IMG/VR virus record: IMGVR_UViG_3300027805_000010
Span: 1-64,000 of that record
Origin: a virus
Strand: one strand, 5' to 3'
Length of the DNA stretch: 64,000 nt
Both the position numbers and the translations under genes were made by a program. Each line of letters begins with the position of its first letter. The stretch's first letter is position 1. Under the pieces are notes generated by a model. The model did no database searches and was not told the DNA's origin. It was given only the letters and a program-made list of their open reading frames with translations. Positions 8,066 to 15,656 of the stretch are shown here, one piece after another.

Positions 8066-8174
8066 GCCGAAGTAGCTCAGTGGTAGAGCAGTGGTACGTA
8101 TCTATTTTTAGGGACGCCTAGAAATACAAAAAGAGAAATACCTGTGACGCAGGGTTCGATCCCCACCTTCGGCA
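8066..8174 (+). ncRNA. tRNA-like RNA with the anticodon arm replaced by an extended hairpin
   Basis: Perfect acceptor GCCGAAG/CTTCGGC+A, canonical D arm TAGCTCAGTGGTAGAGC, T loop GGGTTCGATCCCC. The ~55-nt insert contains TATTTTTAGG-GACG-CCTAGAAATA. Confidence 0.7.
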
Positions 8175-8193
8175 CAATTTTTAAAATGTTCTT

Positions 8194-9060
8194 ATGATAA
8201 AAATACTTATTACCGGTGGAGCCGGTTTTATTGGTTCTAATTTGGTAAGGTCCTTAAAAGAACAATATGATAATATAGACATTACTGTCTTAGATAATTA
8301 TTTTACTGGTAAAGAAGAAAACCACATTCCAGGTGTTACTTATATTAAAGGACATACTTGGGATGCTGATACAATTTTTGCTGGTAAAGTTTTTCATGTG
8401 GTTTATCATTTTGGTGAATACTCAAGAATCGTAAAGTCATTTGATGATATTGATTATGTTCAAAGATCTATCCTATCAGGTACCCCAACTATTCTTAACT
8501 TATGTAAGCAGTGGAATGCTAAACTAATCTACTCGGCATCTTCATCTAAATTTGGCAATGATGGTAAGGACGAAAACCTTTCTCCTTATGCGTGGTCTAA
8601 ATCAAAGATGGTTGAATTAATTAAAAACTATGGCAAGTGGTTTGGATTAAGATACGAGATCTGCTATTTCTTTAATGTATATGGGCCTGGTCAAATTATG
8701 GAAGGTGATTATTCAACTGTAATAGGTATCTTTGAAAGACAATATAAAAATGGAGAATCTCTAACCGTTGTTGAACCGGGTACTCAAAGTAGAGACTTTA
8801 CTCATGTAAACGATATTGTAGCCGGACTTATAAAAGTATTCAGTAAAGAACTATGTCATGAATGGCATTTACGTTCAGGCAAGAATGTAACAATTCTTGA
8901 TGTAGCAAATATGTTTGGTGGAGAATATAAAATAGTACCTGCACGAAGAGGTGAAAGATTCACAAGTTATGAATTTTCATCTGACACTGAAATTCTTTTA
9001 GATTGGAAACCTACTCATACTTTAGAAGATTGGATAGAAAATATAAAGAATAAGAAATGA
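8194..9060 (+). CDS. NAD-dependent nucleotide-sugar epimerase/dehydratase
   Basis: ITGGAGFIGS Rossmann motif, YAWSK (YxxxK), FNVYGP, RDFTHV. Confidence 0.92.
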   Translation: MIKILITGGAGFIGSNLVRSLKEQYDNIDITVLDNYFTGKEENHIPGVTYIKGHTWDADTIFAGKVFHVVYHFGEYSRIVKSFDDIDYVQRSILSGTPTILNLCKQWNAKLIYSASSSKFGNDGKDENLSPYAWSKSKMVELIKNYGKWFGLRYEICYFFNVYGPGQIMEGDYSTVIGIFERQYKNGESLTVVEPGTQSRDFTHVNDIVAGLIKVFSKELCHEWHLRSGKNVTILDVANMFGGEYKIVPARRGERFTSYEFSSDTEILLDWKPTHTLEDWIENIKNKK

Positions 9061-9257
9061 TCATAATTAAGAAAAAGGAAAAAGACACCGTCGACCGTAT
9101 GCTAAAAGAGTACAAAAGAAAATCAATTAGATACGGTGTAATTAATGAAGTTAAGAGCAGGAAAGAGTTTGTCAAACCTTCTGTTAAAAAGAGACAAACT
9201 AGATTAAAAGCTATTTTTTACCAGATGGTAAAAACGACAAAAGAGAACAACTTATAA
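9057..9257 (+). CDS. rpsU: Ribosomal protein bS21 (phage-encoded)
   Basis: DRMLKEYKRK...EVKSRKEFVKPSVKKR...KA matches Bacteroidota-type bS21. Confidence 0.9.
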   Translation: MIIIKKKEKDTVDRMLKEYKRKSIRYGVINEVKSRKEFVKPSVKKRQTRLKAIFYQMVKTTKENNL

Positions 9258-9288
9258 CATCCTAATTAGAATACCATCGTAGATCATT

Positions 9289-9314
9289 ACCTACTCTTAA
9301 AACAGTAGGTTTTC
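9289..9314 (+). terminator. Probable terminator after rpsU
   Basis: ACCTACT-cttaaaac-AGTAGGT-TTT. Confidence 0.55.
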
Positions 9315-9329
9315 ATTACTTTTTTATGC

Positions 9330-9359
9330 TTAACTTTTTATAAATAATAAAAAAGTTAA
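9330..9359 (+). promoter_or_regulatory. T4-type late promoter TATAAATA inside a stem-loop covering the endolysin initiation region
   Basis: TTAACTTTTT-ataaataata-AAAAAGTTAA; TATAAATA at 9339-9346; ATG at 9365. Confidence 0.6.
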
Positions 9360-9364
9360 CAAGT

Positions 9365-10198
9365 ATGGTATTACGAAATGGATCAAAGGGTCCTGAGGTT
9401 AAAAAGATTCAGGAAAAACTAGGCGTAGAGCCAACGGGTAATTTTGGCCCGAAAACAGAAGCCGCTGTAAAAGCTTGGCAAAAAGCAAACGGTCTAACCG
9501 ACGATGGTATTGTTGGACCTAACACTTTAACTAAAATGGGAATCAGTGTTTCAGCTGCCCCTACCCCAACCGCTGCACCAGTTGCAATCCCACCTTCTGC
9601 ATTTAAACTTGAAAAATTAAAAGGACATATTCCTGATGCAGTTATTGCTCAAATTCCAGATACAGCTGCAAAGTTTGGTATTACTAATATTTTAAGATTA
9701 GCTCATTTCTTAGCACAGTGTGGTCATGAGAGTGGTGGATTCAAAGCAGTATCAGAAAATCTAAATTATTCAGCTGATGGATTAAAAAAGATTTTCCCTA
9801 AGTACTTCCCTGGTAATCTTAATGAATCATACGCTCGTAATCCTGAAAAGATTGCATCAAGAGTTTATGCATCTCGTATGGGTAACGGAGATGAAGCTTC
9901 TAAAGAAGGTTTCAAATTCCGCGGTCGTGGTTATATTCAATTAACTGGAAAATCAAACTACACAAACTTTGCTAAATTCATTGGCGAAGATACTATTGCT
10001 AATCCTGATTTGGTAGCAACTAAATATCCTTTAGCTTCTGCTGCATTCTTCTTTAACTCAAATAGCCTTTGGTCAATTTGTGATAGAGGTGCTGATGATG
10101 CTACAGTTACATCAGTAACTAAAAGAGTTAACGGTGGTACTATCGGTCTTGCTGATCGTATCAAACATTTCAAAGAATACTACAACTTACTTAAGTAA
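9365..10198 (+). CDS. Endolysin: PG_binding_1 domain + GH19-family lysozyme
   Basis: FGPKTEAAVKAWQKANGLTDDGIVGPNT binding domain; HFLAQCGHESGG, ENLNYS, RGRGYIQLTG, TKRVNGGTIGLADR. Confidence 0.92.
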   Translation: MVLRNGSKGPEVKKIQEKLGVEPTGNFGPKTEAAVKAWQKANGLTDDGIVGPNTLTKMGISVSAAPTPTAAPVAIPPSAFKLEKLKGHIPDAVIAQIPDTAAKFGITNILRLAHFLAQCGHESGGFKAVSENLNYSADGLKKIFPKYFPGNLNESYARNPEKIASRVYASRMGNGDEASKEGFKFRGRGYIQLTGKSNYTNFAKFIGEDTIANPDLVATKYPLASAAFFFNSNSLWSICDRGADDATVTSVTKRVNGGTIGLADRIKHFKEYYNLLK

Positions 10199-10223
10199 AC
10201 CATAAAAAATAAAAGAAAATAAA

Positions 10224-10811
10224 ATGTACACAAGAGAACAAATTGAAGCTGCTGTTAAAGCAAAAGGATATGCTTGGTTCGAAGGAGCTAAGGATTTTGA
10301 TGTTAACATTGTTGGGGTAAGAAACTCGGCAACTGGGAATAAAGTTACAAATGTATTTGATGATACTATGACCGTTTCATATAAAGAAGGTGGAGTATGG
10401 AAATTTCATTCATGGACTTGTACTACCGATCCTGGTAAGAAAGGCGTAATGGAATATCATAATTCGGCAGGAGTTGCTAGACTTGTTGAAGGTCAGTATA
10501 GAGGTTCTCATACTTTAGGTTTACACCAAGGTAAATATGAAGCTCTTAAACAACAAAAACCTGTAAAAGTATATCGTGATGCTAACCGTGACATGACTTA
10601 TGATGAAACTAAAATTGCTGAAGGTGTCTTTGGTATTAACATTCATAAAGCAGGCGCAGATTCTACTTATGTTGAAAACTGGTCAGAAGGATGCCAAGTA
10701 TTTAAAAAAGCCGCAGACTTTGAATCATTTATGACTATCTGTAGAAAGGCTGCCGCTATTCATGGTAAGTCATTTACATATACATTAATTGAATCTTCTG
10801 ATATCAAGTAA
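10224..10811 (+). CDS. YkuD/L,D-transpeptidase-like peptidoglycan peptidase
   Basis: GINIH-x11-SEGCQV His/Cys motif; adjacent to the endolysin. Confidence 0.6.
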   Translation: MYTREQIEAAVKAKGYAWFEGAKDFDVNIVGVRNSATGNKVTNVFDDTMTVSYKEGGVWKFHSWTCTTDPGKKGVMEYHNSAGVARLVEGQYRGSHTLGLHQGKYEALKQQKPVKVYRDANRDMTYDETKIAEGVFGINIHKAGADSTYVENWSEGCQVFKKAADFESFMTICRKAAAIHGKSFTYTLIESSDIK

Positions 10812-10860
10812 TTTATACAACACTAATTTATTAACCCTTTAAAATAACTATTTATGAACA

Positions 10861-12780
10861 ATGAAAACCTTTCTAAAAAAATTGGCCATCTTAATGATGG
10901 TTATGGCGCCCTTTGTTGGGTTTTCCCAAACGGCGCCACCGGCACCAGGTAACGGAGTCTATGCAATTATAGATACCACATATCAGGTAGGTACACATAC
11001 ACAAGGATTCTCTAAAGCAAAAATTACTTTACAGAATACAACCGCTACTCTTATTACTGGTGTACAGTTTAGAGTATTCTATGACAAGAATGCATTCTCA
11101 TCTGCAACACCAACATTATTAGGATCTACATCAAACCTAAACTTACAATACGTAGATAATAATGCAGGTGGCTATTTAACAATCACTCTAGTTTATACAG
11201 GATCCTCTGCCACATATTCAATAGCAAACGGTGAAAAGTTTGAAGTAACATTTAACCACGTTGGTGCTTCTTCATTTTATGCATTATCAACAATCAGTGA
11301 TCTAACTTGGAGTGGTGTTAATACATTTAATCAATTGGCGGCAACTAATCCAGGTTTAGATACAACATTAGCATTACATAGTTATGGTGGTGTATGGGAA
11401 AAACCAGAACTTAATTATCACGGAACATTTACAAATACAACCGGAACTGGTGCTAAAAACTTAACATTAGCTCTAGAGAAAAAAGTTAAAACTGGTTCAA
11501 CTTGGTCTATTCATGATACTTATGTTACAGATATCAATGGTGATTTTGCTTTCACTGAAATTATTGATACTACATATTATGATGTACGTCTGGCAATTAA
11601 AGGTGATACGATGTCTGTGGGTAACGTTATTTCTTCGGCAGATGCTCAATTAATTAATCAATGGGTTTTAGGATCTGCAACCCCTTCAGGTTGGGACTTC
11701 TATACCGCAGATGTTAATGGATCTAACAATATATCAATTACCGATGCTTATGGTGTATTTGGTAGAATTGCTGGTAGATTCAGTGCTTGGCCTAACAGTG
11801 TAAAAGATGTTAAATTCTTTACTGTTGCTGAAAAGAATACAATCACAGGAACACCTACTACTAACTACACATCTACTATTTCAGGTGTAACTAACTTCTA
11901 TCATAATATTCTGCCAGGTCAACCTGATTCAGTTCAATTCTATGTACTAGTCCCTGGTGATGCTAATGGAACAGGATATAATATGGCCCGTGTAACTCCA
12001 ATTGAAGTTGCAATTGATCCGTTACCCGGTACACCTGCCCAACAGGAGAATGTAATTGATACTAAAGTTGAGTATGATTTTCCTACACAGTCAATAGAGG
12101 TTAATGTACCTAGCATTTCTGTTAATGAAGGAAACTTAGTAGAAATTCCAGTGAAGGTTAATACTAATGGAATTAACATTACATCGCTTCAAATGGGGTT
12201 CCTTTACGATGAAGATATCTTAGAATTTAGAGATGTATACAATTCACCAAAATCTATGTTTTGGTTATCATCCGTTAATCCTCTTGACGGAATAGTAGAA
12301 TGGGTTGGATTTGATCCATCTGCTAATAAAGCATATGCAATTGAAGATGGTTATAATATTTTTACATTACGCTTTTTAGCTAAGTCACCACAGAACGAAT
12401 GGGCACAATCTCCTCTTTATACTTCTAGAAAATTTTCAGGTGATTTTAATTCAAAGGACTTAAGTATAAATCCTGCAAACGGAATTCTAGTTGTAGCTAA
12501 AATGGCTGGTGGTTCTGGTTCAATGGAAGAAACTATTAAAGTTTATCCTAACCCAACAACTGGTGATTTTTCGGTTAGCTTTACTGTTAAAGAAGCCGGT
12601 AGAATTAAACTTTTAGTAACCGATATGAATGGCCGTATCATTAATTCAATTTTAGATAAAGATATGCCAATAGGAAAATACGTATACTATTCAAATATTG
12701 AAAATGTATCAACTGGCGTTTACTTTACAACTTTACAATCTCTTACTGAGATTGAATCTTTCAAATTAATAAAAAAATAA
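10861..12780 (+). CDS. Secreted cohesin-(prealbumin-like)-dockerin-cohesin protein with T9SS C-terminal sorting domain
   Basis: Signal peptide ..GFS|Q. Cohesin-like ITGVQFRVFYD and VEIPVKV..ITSLQMGFLYDEDILEF. Dockerin ADVNGSNNISITDA and GDANG. CTD IKVYPNPT...GVYF...FKLIKK. Confidence 0.8.
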   Translation: MKTFLKKLAILMMVMAPFVGFSQTAPPAPGNGVYAIIDTTYQVGTHTQGFSKAKITLQNTTATLITGVQFRVFYDKNAFSSATPTLLGSTSNLNLQYVDNNAGGYLTITLVYTGSSATYSIANGEKFEVTFNHVGASSFYALSTISDLTWSGVNTFNQLAATNPGLDTTLALHSYGGVWEKPELNYHGTFTNTTGTGAKNLTLALEKKVKTGSTWSIHDTYVTDINGDFAFTEIIDTTYYDVRLAIKGDTMSVGNVISSADAQLINQWVLGSATPSGWDFYTADVNGSNNISITDAYGVFGRIAGRFSAWPNSVKDVKFFTVAEKNTITGTPTTNYTSTISGVTNFYHNILPGQPDSVQFYVLVPGDANGTGYNMARVTPIEVAIDPLPGTPAQQENVIDTKVEYDFPTQSIEVNVPSISVNEGNLVEIPVKVNTNGINITSLQMGFLYDEDILEFRDVYNSPKSMFWLSSVNPLDGIVEWVGFDPSANKAYAIEDGYNIFTLRFLAKSPQNEWAQSPLYTSRKFSGDFNSKDLSINPANGILVVAKMAGGSGSMEETIKVYPNPTTGDFSVSFTVKEAGRIKLLVTDMNGRIINSILDKDMPIGKYVYYSNIENVSTGVYFTTLQSLTEIESFKLIKK

Positions 12781-12786
12781 AAAACA

Positions 12787-13110
12787 ATGTCTGAAGAAAC
12801 AAACAACATGGAAAATGATGGGACATGGTCAGGTCTTAAGAAGACTTTAATTGGTACCATCTCAACTGCAATATTAGCAGGAGGCACCTATCTAACTACT
12901 ACACTATTCGGTGGGGGTGGTGAAGATAAAGAAGAAACTAAAACTGAGCAGGCTGCGCCCGCACCGGTTGTAGTTAATGTTCAACAAAATCAGGAAAATA
13001 CGCAACAGCAAAAATCAGGTGGTACCACTGTGATTAAAGAAAGAGTTGTAGAAAAACCTGTTGAAAAGAAAGAGGAGAAGAAATCAGAATCTGAAGACGC
13101 TCCTTGGTAA
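12787..13110 (+). CDS. Single-pass membrane protein with disordered C-terminus
   Basis: TM segment LIGTISTAILAGGTYL; Q/E/K-rich tail. Confidence 0.7.
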   Translation: MSEETNNMENDGTWSGLKKTLIGTISTAILAGGTYLTTTLFGGGGEDKEETKTEQAAPAPVVVNVQQNQENTQQQKSGGTTVIKERVVEKPVEKKEEKKSESEDAPW

Positions 13111-13130
13111 TAAAAAAAACACAAATAAAC

Positions 13131-13421
13131 ATGGGAACAAAAGTAACTAAAAAACCAAATTTCTTAAAAAGAATGTTCATGGATGATAATGACATCAATG
13201 AAAAATCAGTAGTAGGGTTTGGCGCATTCTTAATGATGGTAGTTTGCCTAGCTGTTGATATTTACACCGGATTCCAAGGCAAAGAAATGCCAATCAATGA
13301 ATTCGTATTTGATGGCTTTATGGTTATTACATTAGGCGCATTTGGAATTGCTTCGGTTGATAAATTCATTACCACTAAACATGGTAAAAAAGAAGAGTCA
13401 ACTGAGGAATACATTGACTAA
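13131..13421 (+). CDS. Two-TM membrane protein (holin-like topology)
   Basis: Two hydrophobic helices and a charged C-terminus; ATG at 13131 after an A-rich leader. Confidence 0.6.
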   Translation: MGTKVTKKPNFLKRMFMDDNDINEKSVVGFGAFLMMVVCLAVDIYTGFQGKEMPINEFVFDGFMVITLGAFGIASVDKFITTKHGKKEESTEEYID

Positions 13422-13436
13422 AAATAGAAATTAGAA

Positions 13437-14156
13437 ATGAAGAATTTACTAACAACATTAGTATTAATTCTCACAACACAGATTGGTATTGCTCAGGTCG
13501 GAACTATTAAGACCGAGCAATATCAAGCTGAGTTTGAAAAGAAGCAATCTATAGATGCTTTACCTGAATATACTGATACTATTCAAATACCAATACAAAT
13601 TCTTAAGATAGGAATTAACGAGGATCTATATGAAATGTATCCTGAATTAAAAGACAAAAGAGTTGGTCTTGGTGTAACAAATATTGTTTTGGAATACCTA
13701 GAGTATACTAACCGCTTTGTGTTTACGGAGGATAAGCTTGAAATTAAAGAAAGAATGGTTCAACAGTTTAAGGCATCGGATAAAGGCTTCACTGAAAACA
13801 AAGTAGATGGTAGAGGTAAAATTAAACTCGCCAAGTATTTTGTTTATATTGAAGTTTATGACTTTTCGGTTTCCGAAGATGAGGTTATTAAAATAAACGG
13901 TGAATCAAAAACTACACAAGTTACAAGACTGGGTTTACAGGTTAGATTTGTTGATGCAGAGACAGGCGAAATTCTTATGGGATCTGGTTTAGGTGAAGCA
14001 ACAACAGTAAAGACGGTTTCTATTCTTGATGGTGTAGATGACACAGAAATCAAGTTTAATCAAAGTACGATAGGAATTACAACTAAGAAAGCCCTAGAAA
14101 CGGCTTCATCAAGAATTGTTTCTAGGATGATCAAAAAAGGAATTTTTAAATCATAA
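13437..14156 (+). CDS. CsgG/HfaB-like exported protein
   Basis: Signal peptide ..GIA|Q; GLGVTNIVLEYL..TNRF and QVRFVDAETGEIL, typical of the CsgG/TolB_N fold. Confidence 0.7.
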   Translation: MKNLLTTLVLILTTQIGIAQVGTIKTEQYQAEFEKKQSIDALPEYTDTIQIPIQILKIGINEDLYEMYPELKDKRVGLGVTNIVLEYLEYTNRFVFTEDKLEIKERMVQQFKASDKGFTENKVDGRGKIKLAKYFVYIEVYDFSVSEDEVIKINGESKTTQVTRLGLQVRFVDAETGEILMGSGLGEATTVKTVSILDGVDDTEIKFNQSTIGITTKKALETASSRIVSRMIKKGIFKS

Positions 14157-15656
14157 ATGTATCGTAAACAGATCATACTTACACTAATATTTTGGATTCT
14201 TTCTATATCAGCATATTCTCAGATTAGCTATTCATATACAGATCCATGTACAGGAGCTATTAAAACATTACAAGTTCCATCAAGCGGTGTGACTGTTACT
14301 TACTATGGGCAGGTAAATACTTTTCAACCTGCCGATTTTTATAATGGTGGTTTTGAAAGTTGGGCACAAGGTGTATTTGGGTCATTTGGAAATAATAATC
14401 CATGTGCATCAATTGTCGGCCTTCCTGCCGCGATAAATGTTGCCCAAAATACTGCAATTAATTTCTTAGGAACAATAAACACAATTTCAAGTCTATCTAG
14501 CTTAAGCAGTATAGGTGGATCATCAAACCTAATTTCAGGAGCTGTTAATAGTACACAAAATTCAACTAGTAACAGTAAGAAAGATAAATCAACCCAAGGT
14601 GGTAATGGAGGGGCATCAAATGGAAACACTTCTACGAATAACCAGAATACTAATGCAAATGGGAACACCAATGGGGGAGGCACTGGCCAAGGCCAAACAA
14701 ATGCTGGCTCCAATGGAAGTACCGGAAGTACTGGAAGTACCGAAGGCGGCACAAGCGGATCAGGCACAAGCGGATCAGGCACAAGTGGATCAGGTACAAG
14801 TGGATCAGGTACAAGTGGATCAGGTACAAGTGGATCAGGCACAAGTGGATCAGGCACAAGTGGATCAGGTACAAGTGGATCAGGCACCGAAGGTGGAACA
14901 AACACAACAAGCGAACCACCAGGGACCGAGGAAGGTGGTAAAACAAATCTTGTAGGATCATCTGTAAATTCAGTACAAAATTCAACGTCGGGTGGGAATC
15001 CTAGTAACAAAAATGGAAACCGTCCTACTGTTTTGGCAAGTTCGGATTTTGTTGGTTTCCAATTTCAGAATTCAGATGTAGCAGTAGGTGGCAAATTTAC
15101 CGGTGGTTATGCATCAATGAGATGGGACGGTGCAAGATCCTGGGGTATTAACATGGATTATACTACTGCATTAAGAGGTCCTAATATTACCGGCTATTAT
15201 GCCTTTATGAAACCAAAACGAATAGATCTTATATCAGTAACAGGTACAATAGGATTTGAGGCTCAACCTACGTTATACAGTACATTATCAGTTGGGCAGA
15301 TGTGGAGTTTAAATAAACCAAAGAATATGAAATTGGTTTATATGTTAACTGGTTCATTTGGTCAGGTTTACGGAGCTGACTTTATTGGTACTGCAGCTAT
15401 TGCTGGTGGTATGTATGATTTTAAAATAACTAATAGATTTGACTTTAAGGTATTAATGCTTTATGTTTATGCACCTTATGTTAGCTATTATAATGATATA
15501 TTACTTAAATCCCCTCATGTAGTGTTACCTATTATTGGTACTAATATTAATTTGACAAAGAGGTTTAAACTTAATATAAACACAGGTGGTGCATGGGCAG
15601 TAAAAGATGCTGCGCTTAACTACACCATTATGTTAGGAACTAGAATGTTATTATGA
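14157..15656 (+). CDS. Exported protein with Gly/Ser/Asn/Thr-rich linker and C-terminal outer-membrane beta-barrel-like domain
   Basis: Signal peptide ..AYS|Q; (GTSGS)9 linker; C-terminal amphipathic strands ending LNYTIMLGTRMLL. Confidence 0.6.
   Translation: MYRKQIILTLIFWILSISAYSQISYSYTDPCTGAIKTLQVPSSGVTVTYYGQVNTFQPADFYNGGFESWAQGVFGSFGNNNPCASIVGLPAAINVAQNTAINFLGTINTISSLSSLSSIGGSSNLISGAVNSTQNSTSNSKKDKSTQGGNGGASNGNTSTNNQNTNANGNTNGGGTGQGQTNAGSNGSTGSTGSTEGGTSGSGTSGSGTSGSGTSGSGTSGSGTSGSGTSGSGTSGSGTSGSGTEGGTNTTSEPPGTEEGGKTNLVGSSVNSVQNSTSGGNPSNKNGNRPTVLASSDFVGFQFQNSDVAVGGKFTGGYASMRWDGARSWGINMDYTTALRGPNITGYYAFMKPKRIDLISVTGTIGFEAQPTLYSTLSVGQMWSLNKPKNMKLVYMLTGSFGQVYGADFIGTAAIAGGMYDFKITNRFDFKVLMLYVYAPYVSYYNDILLKSPHVVLPIIGTNINLTKRFKLNINTGGAWAVKDAALNYTIMLGTRMLL
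14748..14882 (+). repeat. 15-bp tandem repeat x9 (GGYACAAGYGGATCA; encodes GTSGS)
   Basis: Read directly from the sequence. Confidence 0.95.

Noticed and set aside
8066-8174. tmRNA
   Set aside because: Too short, has a full D arm, and lacks both the G3-U70 alanine determinant and a tag ORF.
14748-14882. Possible CRISPR array (also 33059-33148)
   Set aside because: These are spacer-less tandem coding repeats, and no cas genes are present.
14339-15010. ORFs with VPDPL, DQVQV and LIHLY repeats
   Set aside because: Alternate frames of the 15-bp GTSGS repeat.
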